The notes beneath the pieces were generated by a model. The model was not told the origin of the DNA. It saw only the letters and a program-made list of their open reading frames with translations, and did not search any database. 64,000 nucleotides of DNA from a virus, in IMG/VR virus record IMGVR_UViG_3300046453_000063, positions 64,001 to 128,000 of that record; one strand, given 5' to 3'. Made by a program: the position numbers and the translations under genes. Of this stretch, positions 10,163 through 21,796 are shown one piece after another; within the stretch, counting starts at the first letter, position 1, and each line of letters begins with the position of its first letter.

Positions 10163-10930
10163 ATGAAAAAAGGCAGTTATTTAGCAACTGGAGTCATTAT
10201 TGGGATGGCACTAACAATAACAACTCCAGTCTTAGCAGAAACGGTTAAAACCGTATCGGCTAAAATTAATAGCACGGTAGATGTTGTAATCAATGGCAAG
10301 GAAACAAAATTAAATGCTCAACCAATTAACTATAACAATCTAAACTATTTACCAGTAGGTGAAATTGGTCGAGCATTGGGATTAACAGTACAATACGATA
10401 AGGAGACGGATACTATTAATATTGATCAGAAAACAGAAAGTGCAACAAATGTTACATCTACGACCACGGCTAACATCACAACACAAACGCAAAACTTACC
10501 AATACCGACAACTGAAGTTGGAGAGAAGATATCAAATGATATGACTACAGCATCAATTGATAAAGTAGAATATGTCTCTACTGAAAATAACGATGGGGTG
10601 GTTTTGAAAAATGGGTTTAAAATTTATACCACAATAACAAACAAGTCTGATTCATACAACCTTAGACCAGTCGGAGGATACCAATTTAAAATGGAAAGTG
10701 ATACCGATCAATCTATAATTAACAATGCCGGAGCTTCTTATTTTATTTTTACAACTCTTGATGGTCAAAAATATGATGGAACAAAGACTCTTGAAAAGAA
10801 TGAAAGTGCAACCGGATTTGTTTTTGTTCCTTATACTGGAAATGGAAAGATGGTATCAGTAGAATATTATCCAAGCTACCCTTCTTATGTCGGCAATAAT
10901 AAACCAATGGGCGTTTGGAACGTGAAGTAG
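10163..10930 (+). CDS. Secreted protein with copper-amine-oxidase N-terminal (stalk) domain, moron
   Basis: Signal peptide ending PVLA/E; INYNNLNYLPVGEIGRALGLTVQYD; own promoter (TGgTGTATAAT region ~10090-10100). Confidence 0.8.
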   Translation: MKKGSYLATGVIIGMALTITTPVLAETVKTVSAKINSTVDVVINGKETKLNAQPINYNNLNYLPVGEIGRALGLTVQYDKETDTINIDQKTESATNVTSTTTANITTQTQNLPIPTTEVGEKISNDMTTASIDKVEYVSTENNDGVVLKNGFKIYTTITNKSDSYNLRPVGGYQFKMESDTDQSIINNAGASYFIFTTLDGQKYDGTKTLEKNESATGFVFVPYTGNGKMVSVEYYPSYPSYVGNNKPMGVWNVK

Positions 10931-13591
10931 TTAAAAACCAACAAAAGTCTTTAAATATAGACTTGCGTTTATTCTACCTAACTGAGTGGATGTCAGTTCA
11001 ACCGTGTGCCAACCAACGGTAGATATCCATTCGGTTATATTTACATTATTCTCTGATCCATAGTATGTACTTCCTCTAGGAATGCCGTCGATTATAATTT
11101 GAACACCTGTGGCAAAGGTATCTTCGTATATTCCGTAATCAATTCCATGCTCATGCGCTGGCATATCTATGTCATGCAGGTGAGTAGGAACAGTAAAACT
11201 GTGATAGTGATCGCTTAATGCAAACGAATGCTGATGAGCACCAGAAGCAACCCACGTTACAGCTCCGCCACCAGATATCATTAACTCGGTTCCAGGGGCT
11301 ATACCGTGATTATGACCTCCTGTGGCAAAATAGAATCCCTCTGTTTGAGACACACCACTTGTTCCTTCTGGAGATGTTGATTGAGCAGTAAAACTTTGCG
11401 TCTCAGTAGTCGTTAATGGAATAACCTCACTCAAAGCACCCTTACTATACGCTCTAAACTTCTCCAATGTAAAATTAAGCATTACTTTTCTAACACTAAT
11501 CATTCCATCGTCAATGTAGAACTTCAGTTTTAATCCATGCGTACTATCCACATTATCTGCTAATTGGATTGTATCCGTCTGGACAATTCCATCCTCGTTT
11601 AAAACTATTTCTCCGGCCTTACTTTTAATCATTAATCCATATTTGCCATCTTCATACTCGCCAAGTTTAATACGAATGTCGCCTTCAGCATCTTTAATAG
11701 TTAACAAATTCCCCTGTATAACAAATGTTCCATCATCATCAGAGATAATCAATTTGTTACCCATAATCAAACGTCCAGCAATCCGTTCGGCAACAATTCG
11801 ATCTGGTAAAATGGCTGTGCTCCATGTATTACCGTTATCTTGAGATAATGCAATTTGACCATGTTGCATAATCAGAATCTTATTGGGATCAGTGGGGTCA
11901 CGCACAATTACACCTTTGCGTGAAATTTCAACTGACTCATTTACTCCTGCAACAATATCATGTTTTACAGCATCCCACGTTTCATTCAAAAATCTCGTTG
12001 TTTCGTCTGCTGTTGCTTTAGCGGCATCCCAACTTGGTTTACTCATATTGACTGTATTAGATGAACTAATTGTTTTGTAATAATTCTTCAGAAATCTCTG
12101 ATCGTCCGTTAGCAACTCTCTTACATTAGAAATGGTGATGTCGATTGAAGCACTCTCATAATCGAAATCAATTTCAGCAACATTTGCTTGTATATTTACT
12201 CCCAAACGTTCATGTTGAACCGTAATAACATCGCCAATATTCAATTTATCCCAATTATGACTTTCTGTTAGAATCTCATAAAAGTCCACAATAGATACTT
12301 TTGAAACAATTTTAGGTTGTCTAATCTTATCAAACTCAACCTTACCATCTGCTAAAAGTGTTTTTGCATCAGTATAATTCTCGTTACTTAACTCTTTTTC
12401 AATGATAAATGGATTTAATTCAATGAGTTGGTTACTCGTGAAGTTATTTTCCATCTTTAATATATTTGCCAATGTGTCCATCGATGCTTGAGTAGAGGAT
12501 ATCTGAGCATTCACCGTTGCAATTTCTGCTTTTTTAGTAGTAATTTGAGCTTCTTTATTTGCTTTATCAATTAATATCTGCGCTGTACTTCCACCTGTTG
12601 CATTTGCTGTAGCAAGATTATCATCAATTATGTATAACTGCGTTGTGAGTGTACTTAATTCAGTTTGTTTGGTATCAAGAGTTGCTCGATATGTAGTCAT
12701 TTGAGTGAGTAGAGTAGTATATTCTGTTTGTTTGGTTGTATATAATGAATTATAAGCAATCAATGATTCACATAGTCCATCGCTTAGATAATCACTATGA
12801 CTTACAATCACACCATCAACTTTTAAAAATGGATAGATAAAGTATGAGAAGTCCTGGATGAAATTACTGCCCAATGGATTTACAGACTGAATCGAGATTC
12901 CTTCCTTACCAAACAATTTGAGTCGAGTACAGAATTCATCAAAGTTTAATTCATGATCCAGACTCTGCATTAACATACCAAATTTAGTTTTAAATCCTTT
13001 ATTTACTCCATAATTATCAGGATTATAAAAATTTATTTCTTGGTCAACAGTGTCCCATATAATTAAGGCATTAAACAGTTCTGCCGCTTGCTGAATACCA
13101 TCCATAACATTTCCAGAGAAATCTAATGCTCTGTATTTTAAATCAAAAGTAGCGTCTACATATCCAATGCTCCATACCGTTTGAGCAAGCATATCGTCAA
13201 GTATTTGACTCAAGGTATAAGATTCTACACTGTAATCTTTAATAAGTTTAGATGCTAAACTGTAACCATAACCATAACAATTTACAGTAATGCTATCTGA
13301 ATCACCCATTGCCTTATTTACTTTATCGATAATGTAGTATTCAGTATAATCACCTTTTTCAAACCGAATAAGATAACGCTCTTTAATCATATCAATATGT
13401 TTATTTCTTACCAATTCCCCGTATTCATCAAGCATAAGAGGAATCTTAAACGTCATTTCATTAATGAGTCCAAGATATACTTTTTGATTAATTTGAAATC
13501 TTACTTCTGGAAGATGGGCAATAGTTGTTTTATTTGGTCTACACAAATATAGTTTTGGTTCAATTATTTCTGTATTGATTTGTTCAATCAA
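10931..13591 (-). CDS. Tail-associated protein (Tal/baseplate hub, prophage tail endopeptidase domain)
   Basis: Follows Dit; TRLKLFGKEG, LNIGDVITV, coiled coil, IVAERIAG, C-terminal HxH repeats; likely TTG start at 13591. Confidence 0.8.
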   Translation of the reverse strand: MIEQINTEIIEPKLYLCRPNKTTIAHLPEVRFQINQKVYLGLINEMTFKIPLMLDEYGELVRNKHIDMIKERYLIRFEKGDYTEYYIIDKVNKAMGDSDSITVNCYGYGYSLASKLIKDYSVESYTLSQILDDMLAQTVWSIGYVDATFDLKYRALDFSGNVMDGIQQAAELFNALIIWDTVDQEINFYNPDNYGVNKGFKTKFGMLMQSLDHELNFDEFCTRLKLFGKEGISIQSVNPLGSNFIQDFSYFIYPFLKVDGVIVSHSDYLSDGLCESLIAYNSLYTTKQTEYTTLLTQMTTYRATLDTKQTELSTLTTQLYIIDDNLATANATGGSTAQILIDKANKEAQITTKKAEIATVNAQISSTQASMDTLANILKMENNFTSNQLIELNPFIIEKELSNENYTDAKTLLADGKVEFDKIRQPKIVSKVSIVDFYEILTESHNWDKLNIGDVITVQHERLGVNIQANVAEIDFDYESASIDITISNVRELLTDDQRFLKNYYKTISSSNTVNMSKPSWDAAKATADETTRFLNETWDAVKHDIVAGVNESVEISRKGVIVRDPTDPNKILIMQHGQIALSQDNGNTWSTAILPDRIVAERIAGRLIMGNKLIISDDDGTFVIQGNLLTIKDAEGDIRIKLGEYEDGKYGLMIKSKAGEIVLNEDGIVQTDTIQLADNVDSTHGLKLKFYIDDGMISVRKVMLNFTLEKFRAYSKGALSEVIPLTTTETQSFTAQSTSPEGTSGVSQTEGFYFATGGHNHGIAPGTELMISGGGAVTWVASGAHQHSFALSDHYHSFTVPTHLHDIDMPAHEHGIDYGIYEDTFATGVQIIIDGIPRGSTYYGSENNVNITEWISTVGWHTVELTSTQLGRINASLYLKTFVGF

Positions 13592-13604
13592 AATTACACA
13601 CTCC

Positions 13605-14378
13605 CTATGTAGCAAACTGATATTTGAATTGGATCATACAGTCACCATATATTTTTAAATAGTTATATCCAGGAACGAAGGAGGTAAATTCTCCGTAAGC
13701 ATCATCAAAATGATAGGTAAGTGGTATGTCTGAAACAATATCTTCTTTTTCACAGTCGATAGCAATAAATTCATCATCGACTAAGTTGACAATTCGAAAT
13801 GTTTTTCCTCTGTCGGATTCATTCTTAATACTGATTTCTCCGTTACCAACTTTCTGTACAGTGATCTGTGGTTTACAAATCATACCGCCTTTGTTGTCAA
13901 CCACAAACTCCACACCATTCACAGTGTTCTCAGAGCAGTCCAGAACCTCTGGTTGATACACAGGTGAATATGTATATGGACTAACACTTCTCATCTCTAT
14001 GGTCACGTAGCCTTGCTTGAGAGAGTTGTGAAGCAATCTTGGTTCACCAGTATATAAAAGGTAATAAATCTTATCTAAATTATCTGAAAATATCATTGGC
14101 TTATAATAAGTTTGTTTACCCAGCCATTGAAACACTTCTTCTAACCTACCTTCGTCAAAGTTATCTACGAAAGCAAATGACAAGTTAACTTTGAAAGGTA
14201 CTTTTTTACGTTCAACAAAGTAAGGAGTATCACGACCTCTGATAACAACTTCATTGATAGACTGTTCGGGAAGAAAGTTTTCATCTAACATTCCAGTATC
14301 AAAATTGACATTAAGAATTCCCATATCTTCACTTGTAATTCCGTCATATATAAAATATAGACTATCTCTAATTGGCAC
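13605..14378 (-). CDS. Distal tail protein (Dit)
   Basis: Directly after tape measure; YFIYDGITSEDMGI...PYTYS...PGYNYLKI. Confidence 0.82.
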   Translation of the reverse strand: MPIRDSLYFIYDGITSEDMGILNVNFDTGMLDENFLPEQSINEVVIRGRDTPYFVERKKVPFKVNLSFAFVDNFDEGRLEEVFQWLGKQTYYKPMIFSDNLDKIYYLLYTGEPRLLHNSLKQGYVTIEMRSVSPYTYSPVYQPEVLDCSENTVNGVEFVVDNKGGMICKPQITVQKVGNGEISIKNESDRGKTFRIVNLVDDEFIAIDCEKEDIVSDIPLTYHFDDAYGEFTSFVPGYNYLKIYGDCMIQFKYQFAT

Positions 14379-14438
14379 TTAACCACCACCTTAAATTATA
14401 AAGAGGTGGAGCCATAAGACCCCACCTTTAGGAATTGA

Positions 14439-17400
14439 TTATTTATTGCCAGTTCTACGTTTATACTCACTTTGAATCTTGGTGAAGAATGTATTCACTC
14501 CAGATTCATCCGTGTTCAACTTATCAATTTTAACATTCAGATATACATTTCCAGTTGATGATGTGGAAGAAGCGGTAGATGTGGCAATTGACGGATTAAA
14601 GTTATTGAATCCAGATTTAAAATTATCATAGATATCTCTAGCAACATTAACAATCTGAAGAAGTTTACTTGTATCAAATTTATCCAATACAAGTTCTTTT
14701 TCATGTGCAAGCAAGAATTTACCACCTGAGAAAGCAGGAGTCATACCACCAGTTTCAGCAGAGAATGCAGTATTCTTTAGTTTCTCATATGAACCATCTG
14801 GGAATCCATACTGATTACGGTATGCAGTATTTTGTGCAGCAAGATTATTAAATTGAGATTCTAGAGAAGCATATTGTGATGATTTTTTATCTAACAAAGC
14901 CATCTGAGCGCGAATGGATTCCGCTTGTTGTTTATTGCTGAGATATTGAGTCCACGCTGCTTGCTTGGTGGATGAAGAGGAGGAAGAAGTATTTGCTGGA
15001 TTTGTGGTTGCGCCAGCACCAGAACCAGAAATGCCAGAATATGAAGTAATAGCCTCATTGTCCTTGTTGAACGTATAAAGTAAATTCTGATATTCTTTAC
15101 TGGTTTCACCTATCTGTGTTTTTATTGAATCAAAGAAGGTTTTATACTTACTCTTTAAATCATCCAATGCACTTGTAACAACAGTAGAATCTTCACTAAG
15201 AAGTTTTTGCTTCAATAAATAATATGACTGCTCATCTTCTAAGATATCAGTATAATACTGCTCTTTTTCTTTGGTAGATAACTCAAGAGCTTTCGTATTA
15301 GCCTTATTTAATTCATCCTCTATAGACTTCTCAGTATCTGTAATAGATTTTTTATCATCTAGTTGCTTTTGAAGATTTTCCTTTCTTAGTTCACGAGTGC
15401 GATCAAGTTTGTATTTATCAATCTCCTCAGTACTTTCGGCTATTTGTTCTTGTAGTTCTTTGGCCTTCGCCTTGCCCTCTATTGAATCATCCTTAGACAA
15501 GGAATCCAATCTAGTTTGAAGTTTGGCTCGCTCAGCAATCTTTTTATTTTGTTCGGTGCTGTAGTCATCTGAGGAAATCTCATCGTCTAGGGCTTTTTGT
15601 TGTGCATTTATTACCTTTTCAAAATCATCGTATTCTTTTTCAATATTTTTTGTTCTGGCATCATGACGCTCATCTTCAGCATCCTTGAGTTTATCTATTG
15701 CCTTTAAAGCAAGGTCTTTTTGCTTTTCAACCATCTTCTTATAACTATCAATAACGTCATCAACATAAGATTCCTTAATGTCTTTTATAGATGTCGAATA
15801 TTCATAATTAGCAAGAACAAGTTCTTTTATGGACTCTTTAAGTTCAACCTTCGTTGCCGCTGATAGTTTTTCGTTTTTTGTTTGAGTTTCAATAAACTTG
15901 ATGAGATCTTCGTTGGCAGTTCTTTGTTGATTTGTTAACTTTATTTGGTTTGCCAATTCGTTATTATATTCCGTTGTTCCTTTTTCAAACTGAGATAGTT
16001 TAGCCTTGGATACATCGACTTCATTCCCGATGTCAGAAATAATCTTTTTAGAGGCCGATATTTGACTATTGATATTTTCGGTTAATCCGCTTAATTTATC
16101 AGATTGAATATCCTTGACATCAGTATCTAATTGTATTAAGAAGTCATCATACTCATCAGACGAAACGCCCAATTCTTTCATCATAGCCTGAAGATTTGAT
16201 TTCTCCTGGGCTTTAAGAGATTGGATTTGGGTCTGAATATTTATCTGTTTGTTATTTTCTTTACGCCACTCAACAGAATTCGGATCAAGAGTATCTTGCA
16301 CCTTTTTAGATGCTTCAATTTGTAGTTCGGCAGAAGCAACTAAGCGATCATATTTTTCTTTGATTGAATCCAACTGGAGAATGTTATTTTGATAAATAGT
16401 GTTGGCATCTGCTGTATTCTGAGCAACAGCATTATCTGATGCATCTTGCATTTCTTTCGCTGTTGCGCCATTGGTTTTAACGGTGGTTCCGCCAACCTTA
16501 GAAGTAGAATTACCAGTAGTGGATGAGGCAGTAGATGTAGAACTTGAACCCGTGACTCGTCTAGCGCCTTGATACTTACCAGACCAATAAGAGCTATCCA
16601 AGTCGGATTCTTTTAGTCCGCTATTACCCATCTGAATAAACTTGCCATTACCTTGATAGATACCAACGTGGGAATTATCTTTACCCGTTGTATTGAAGAA
16701 TACCAAGTCTCCGGCTTGAAGTTGTTCCTTAGAGATTGCTACTCCCTGTTTGGCTTGCTCTGCGGCAGTACGAGGGAGAGTGGTGTTTAGGAACTCTTTA
16801 AACATCTCCTGAACGAACTGAGAACAGTCAGAGGTTGCACCTTCAACAAACTGATCGAATGTACCTTTGTATTCTCCAGCAACTTGTTTGTATTTAAATT
16901 GACCTTGGAGAGCAGAGGCGCTTGCGAGCAAGTTTGATACACCAGAGGAAGAGGAAGAAGAACCCGTAGAAGAGGAATCTTCGCCAGCTTTAGTTTTAAC
17001 TGTTGTGGTAACCTTAGTCGAAACTAATTGAGATGGATTAGCAATTCCTTCTTTACGGAGTTTGATTTGCTCCTGAATAAGTTTATTCTCTTTTGCGAGG
17101 GAATCACGATATTCTTGTGATCCTTTACGTAGACGAGAGCGCTTATTTTCTTCTTCATCGCGAAGTTTCTGGATGGAAATTAGGGACTTTTGGAGATCGG
17201 TGAGAATTTCTACGGTATCGGAGATGGAGTCGTAATTAGAATCTGTTGCTTTCTTGGACTCAGTAGTATCGGTTTTGAAATCAGAAAGAGTATTAGTGAG
17301 AATATTATATTTGTTAATTAAGGCTGATAACTCATCTTTTGCATCGTTATACGGACTTTTAATAGCACGTTGTTCAGCTCTTAAGTTGTCAACAGTTAAA

Positions 17401-20400
17401 TCATCTGCTTTAGCATTGATGAGTTTTACCATCATGTCATATTCTTGCTGCATAGCGGTAATACGATCTTTTATTGCGTCAATTGATTTGCTAGTCTTTT
17501 CTATTTCTGCTTCAATTACAGCATTCTTTTCTTCTTTTTTTGCTTTAATGAATGAATAGATAGCATCTTTGCTTAAACCAGTGACTTTGATAAAATCAGA
17601 ATATTTTTCACTTACTTCTTGAATAGTAGAGGCGGACAATTGGTTATTATCCTTTAATTCTGCTTGAGCTTTATTAAGAACATCAATTTCTTCTTTGGAA
17701 GATACAATAATTTTTGTAAAAGCAGTCATTTGTTCGTTAGAACCGCTAAGACCACCATCTAAGGCTCTTATTGCATCTTCTAGTGTGACAAATTGAGTTG
17801 AAGCTTGTTTTGCTTTATCTGCTGCTTCAGCGCTGCTCTTAGCGAATGCGTCAAGTGATGCAACAATATCTGGGTTTCCTTTAATTTGTTGAATTGACTT
17901 TAAATTTGCAATAACATTATCTAGATTGCCGCCATCGAAGAATGATACGTAACCAGCAATTCCTTGAAAATTCTTCATTAAATCATTCAATGGCTGCTTA
18001 TTTGTTATTCCAGTGATGGTTTCATATAGCTTCTTTTGTTCATCATTTAGATTAAACATTTCCGCGCCAGCTTGTTTTAACTGTTCTTTTCTTAACTCTT
18101 CGAGGTTAGCTATCTGTTTATACTCTGGTTCGATCTCTGTGATCTTATCTTTAACAGTGTTTAGAGCCAATTCCCATTCTTCAGCATTCTTCGGAATCAG
18201 AGATTGAGACGCAAATATCTCCGTATTCTTATTTCGAATCTTATCTTGAACATCCAATAGAGATTCGTAGTATTCCTTTAGACTTAAATCTGTTCCTTGT
18301 CCTCCACCATCTTGAACCTTATATCCAGTGCCAAAACCCATTCCAGATTTAAGGCTTGCTCCAAGAGTTGGTTTACTGTAACGAGTAGAGTTAGTAGAGT
18401 CAGCAATGATTTGATTTTCTTTAATCTGATCTTCTAATTTCTGCTTATTGAGGTCTTTAAGTTTCGCTATCTGATCATCATATTTACCATTAACCAGATC
18501 GAGTCCATTAGCTTCAGCACCATAAGTATCAACGAGTTTATTTTGAATCTCAAACAGCTTATCTTTAACATCGGCATTAGAGTTTATGGCATCGAAGTTT
18601 TGTTTATAATAAGATTCGGCTTCAGCAAGGGAATTTGTTAAATCATCATACTTTTTATTGCTGTCCTCAATAAGTTTATTATGCTTCTCAATAGTGCCTT
18701 CATTATTATGAAATACCATATAGAGAACAGATAATGCTGTTGCGGCTAATCCAATCCAACCAAATGCCCTTTGCAATCCAGTCATAGCAATGGCAGCAGT
18801 ATCTGCGGCTCCAGCAGTTGACTCTAGAGCAACCGTAGTTGTAAACAATGCCTTAACTGTAGACATAAGAGATGTAATTAATCCGGCAATAGCTTTAGAT
18901 TTAAAGGCCAGAAATAAGCCACTGATCAGTATAACTACATTACCAAGATTATCTAGACTTTTAATTAAGTAGGATATTGAATCAACGATACCCTTAATGA
19001 AAGAAGAATTTATGCTGCTGGTCCAGAATTTTTCTATGCTATTTTTGAGGAGATTGAGTCGCCCAGCGATGGAATTAAGGTAAGTTTCGTTCTCTCTAGC
19101 AGCAGATCCTGTACTGTTAAGGGCCGTATTAAGTGATTTCTGAGCTGTTTCAAAGTCGTTTATCAGCGAGGCTGCAATATTACCTTGAAGTTTTCCTGCA
19201 ACACTTTCCAAGATATCTGCTTTTTGGAAATCATTTAAATCCTTCCATACTCCACTCAAGTCAGAAAAAATGTCGTATGTGCTCTTAAATGTATTATCAT
19301 CTTTTTTTAGTGTCAGACCCAGAGCGGCAAATTTTTTCTCAAGGGTGGGAACGAGGCTACTTAAATCTTCGCCATCCTCACTTATTCCCCGTAAACGCAT
19401 TGAAATAGTTTTCAATGCCTGGCCTACTCTGGCAGGATCTTGAATTGTACTATTTGCCGCTGTAGCCAAAGCCACTGCTTGCTCAATTGTATTTCCAGAT
19501 TCATACATTGAAGCAGCTGAACGACGAAGCGCTTCACCAATTCCGCTAGAGGAAATTGCATATTTATTTCCGACTTCATTAAATACATCAACTATGTGTG
19601 TGATATTCTTCCCTTGAGTGTCCACTTCGAGGTTGAAACCTTTAATGGTTGAAATCAAAGACTTAGATGCTTCTTCTGCACTAGCCAAGTCACCAACGTT
19701 TTGATATACAAGCGTTTCTTTAGCAAGTGATTGTGCCTGTTGAATACTGTATCCCAATCTAGCCCATTCTGCTGATGCTTTAACTACGTCAATTGTTAGA
19801 CCGCCAATAGAGTTTGCAGTCTGATTGGCATACTCTAAAAACCGACTATACGATGCAGATGTTTCATCTGTGACTTTTTTTAAATTTGTCATCGCCGTAT
19901 CGAGTTCATATATTTGCTGGACACCACTGCGAATTGCATTAGTTATGCCAAAAAACACACTGCCAATACCCGAGTAGAGAAGGATGTTGGACATTGCAGA
20001 CTTAAGTGAGTTGCCAAAAGTACGAGTATGTCCGTTAACCTCGGTTAGATTTGAAATTGTTCTTCTGATGTCTGTATTGAGAGCAGAGAGAGGGGACTTA
20101 AAATCTCCCATATTCTTGATTGATTTTAATTTGGTCTCAAGTTCATTTAATTCAGTGATTATCTTATTGTTTCCACTATATTTATTCCTGGCATCATTAA
20201 TCTTATTTTGAGTTTCAGCAACAGACTGGGCATATTGCTGATCTCTTTTTTGATTCTGTTGTAGCGCAAGATAATGTTGCTTATCTGCTGCTTCAATTCT
20301 TTGTTGATTTGTTTGTAGGGCTTGATAATGGGCACGGTCAATAGCCTCAGCTTCTTTGGCATATTGTTGCAAAGCACGATTATCCATTTCTCTGTTTCTT

Positions 20401-21143
20401 TGAAGGGCGAGATAATGGACTTTCTCCATATCTTCTAATCGTTTAGCATTCGTGTTCAGAGCTGCAAAGTGAGCACGATCCATTGCCTCTGCTTCTTTTA
20501 GTCTTTGCTGTTCTTCTTTAAGTGCTTGATCAGCGATTGCCTTTAATTTTGCTTCTTGTTGTAGTTTGAGTTTTAAAAACTCTTCGAGTTGAGCAGATTT
20601 ATTTATATACCCATTTGCATCAGTATTAACAGTTAATGTTTGACCGGTATTAGCATTCTTATATGTATTAGTAATGCTATTTATTTCGCCAGCTTTATTT
20701 TTATTTGTTCTGGTCGAAACCTTTTCATAGCCCTCAAGTTGTGATTTTAAATCTGCCAGTGTCTTTCTCTGTGCATCGTATGCTTTATTTTCATCCTGGA
20801 CCGCTTTCTTATTGGCATCGTGTTTTATACGAGTTTTCTCAATCATCGCTCCACTTTCGAGTGTTTGCTGAGTAACTTTAGTAATACTGCCATCAAGATT
20901 TTTCATCTCAGTTATTGTTTCTTTGACAACTCTATTCTGAGACTCCATGATTGTATTAAATTTCTTAGATGCATCCACAAATCCGTTTATCGCAGAGATA
21001 AAACTTTTATCAATGTCAATTTTAAGTTCGAGTTTTTTTAGTGATGGATGGTTTGCTAGGGTAGAAATTGAGGAGTTAATGTCCTTCAAAGCTTGATCTG
21101 GCGACAACGCAGCAGAAATTAATATTTTCATATTATCAGCCAT
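14439..21143 (-). CDS. Tape measure protein with NlpC/P60 peptidoglycan hydrolase domain
   Basis: 2234 aa coiled coil; TP901-type TMP core (ELDTAMTNLKKVTD...VGQALKTISMRL); SDCSQFVQ/LQAGDLVFF/SHVGIY. Confidence 0.93.
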   Translation of the reverse strand: MADNMKILISAALSPDQALKDINSSISTLANHPSLKKLELKIDIDKSFISAINGFVDASKKFNTIMESQNRVVKETITEMKNLDGSITKVTQQTLESGAMIEKTRIKHDANKKAVQDENKAYDAQRKTLADLKSQLEGYEKVSTRTNKNKAGEINSITNTYKNANTGQTLTVNTDANGYINKSAQLEEFLKLKLQQEAKLKAIADQALKEEQQRLKEAEAMDRAHFAALNTNAKRLEDMEKVHYLALQRNREMDNRALQQYAKEAEAIDRAHYQALQTNQQRIEAADKQHYLALQQNQKRDQQYAQSVAETQNKINDARNKYSGNNKIITELNELETKLKSIKNMGDFKSPLSALNTDIRRTISNLTEVNGHTRTFGNSLKSAMSNILLYSGIGSVFFGITNAIRSGVQQIYELDTAMTNLKKVTDETSASYSRFLEYANQTANSIGGLTIDVVKASAEWARLGYSIQQAQSLAKETLVYQNVGDLASAEEASKSLISTIKGFNLEVDTQGKNITHIVDVFNEVGNKYAISSSGIGEALRRSAASMYESGNTIEQAVALATAANSTIQDPARVGQALKTISMRLRGISEDGEDLSSLVPTLEKKFAALGLTLKKDDNTFKSTYDIFSDLSGVWKDLNDFQKADILESVAGKLQGNIAASLINDFETAQKSLNTALNSTGSAARENETYLNSIAGRLNLLKNSIEKFWTSSINSSFIKGIVDSISYLIKSLDNLGNVVILISGLFLAFKSKAIAGLITSLMSTVKALFTTTVALESTAGAADTAAIAMTGLQRAFGWIGLAATALSVLYMVFHNNEGTIEKHNKLIEDSNKKYDDLTNSLAEAESYYKQNFDAINSNADVKDKLFEIQNKLVDTYGAEANGLDLVNGKYDDQIAKLKDLNKQKLEDQIKENQIIADSTNSTRYSKPTLGASLKSGMGFGTGYKVQDGGGQGTDLSLKEYYESLLDVQDKIRNKNTEIFASQSLIPKNAEEWELALNTVKDKITEIEPEYKQIANLEELRKEQLKQAGAEMFNLNDEQKKLYETITGITNKQPLNDLMKNFQGIAGYVSFFDGGNLDNVIANLKSIQQIKGNPDIVASLDAFAKSSAEAADKAKQASTQFVTLEDAIRALDGGLSGSNEQMTAFTKIIVSSKEEIDVLNKAQAELKDNNQLSASTIQEVSEKYSDFIKVTGLSKDAIYSFIKAKKEEKNAVIEAEIEKTSKSIDAIKDRITAMQQEYDMMVKLINAKADDLTVDNLRAEQRAIKSPYNDAKDELSALINKYNILTNTLSDFKTDTTESKKATDSNYDSISDTVEILTDLQKSLISIQKLRDEEENKRSRLRKGSQEYRDSLAKENKLIQEQIKLRKEGIANPSQLVSTKVTTTVKTKAGEDSSSTGSSSSSSGVSNLLASASALQGQFKYKQVAGEYKGTFDQFVEGATSDCSQFVQEMFKEFLNTTLPRTAAEQAKQGVAISKEQLQAGDLVFFNTTGKDNSHVGIYQGNGKFIQMGNSGLKESDLDSSYWSGKYQGARRVTGSSSTSTASSTTGNSTSKVGGTTVKTNGATAKEMQDASDNAVAQNTADANTIYQNNILQLDSIKEKYDRLVASAELQIEASKKVQDTLDPNSVEWRKENNKQINIQTQIQSLKAQEKSNLQAMMKELGVSSDEYDDFLIQLDTDVKDIQSDKLSGLTENINSQISASKKIISDIGNEVDVSKAKLSQFEKGTTEYNNELANQIKLTNQQRTANEDLIKFIETQTKNEKLSAATKVELKESIKELVLANYEYSTSIKDIKESYVDDVIDSYKKMVEKQKDLALKAIDKLKDAEDERHDARTKNIEKEYDDFEKVINAQQKALDDEISSDDYSTEQNKKIAERAKLQTRLDSLSKDDSIEGKAKAKELQEQIAESTEEIDKYKLDRTRELRKENLQKQLDDKKSITDTEKSIEDELNKANTKALELSTKEKEQYYTDILEDEQSYYLLKQKLLSEDSTVVTSALDDLKSKYKTFFDSIKTQIGETSKEYQNLLYTFNKDNEAITSYSGISGSGAGATTNPANTSSSSSSTKQAAWTQYLSNKQQAESIRAQMALLDKKSSQYASLESQFNNLAAQNTAYRNQYGFPDGSYEKLKNTAFSAETGGMTPAFSGGKFLLAHEKELVLDKFDTSKLLQIVNVARDIYDNFKSGFNNFNPSIATSTASSTSSTGNVYLNVKIDKLNTDESGVNTFFTKIQSEYKRRTGNK

Positions 21144-21301
21144 TATATTAAATCACTTCCTTTTTAAATTTGGGCAATAAAAAAGAAGCGATTCAACAAC
21201 GAATGCTTCTTGACTTAAAACATATATTTAGTTATTATTTATATAGAACAAAAAGCCACTTCTGATAAAGAAGAGGCTTGGGAGATATTTATATATAAAT
21301 T

Positions 21302-21796
21302 CTATTCAAAATATTTATCTAATTGCTCGTTAAGTTCCTTTTTGATTGCAATTAAATCATCGTCACTAATTTTTCTCTTTTTGCTTATCTGATATTTTTC
21401 ATCAGAGTCTTTATCTAAAAGTAAATCACCAGAAGTAGATACATTCAATATTTCTGAAATTGATTCGTGAACATCTTTGTACACCTCATATTTTTTATCA
21501 TCTGAATCTTTGAATTCTTCGACTGCTGCACCAATAAATTCATTGTATGTAGCAATTGATTCAGAGATATTTATATAATTGTTTTCAGGACCTTTCTCAT
21601 TCACTCCTTGTGATATGAAGGAGTAAGAGTCTGTTATCATTTCAACCAGGATATCATCATCTAAAAGTTTAACGTATTCAGATTTCATTTGAAGAGTGGG
21701 AGCACTAGAATTTTCTTGTTCACTACAACCACTCAATATAAAAACTCCACAAACAATTGTAATTACAAGAATTAATATCTTTCTCTGTTTCAACAT
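21302..21796 (-). CDS. Lipoprotein (moron, possible superinfection exclusion)
   Basis: Lipobox ILSG-C after basic plus hydrophobic N-terminus; own promoter near 21938-21965. Confidence 0.7.
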   Translation of the reverse strand: MLKQRKILILVITIVCGVFILSGCSEQENSSAPTLQMKSEYVKLLDDDILVEMITDSYSFISQGVNEKGPENNYINISESIATYNEFIGAAVEEFKDSDDKKYEVYKDVHESISEILNVSTSGDLLLDKDSDEKYQISKKRKISDDDLIAIKKELNEQLDKYFE

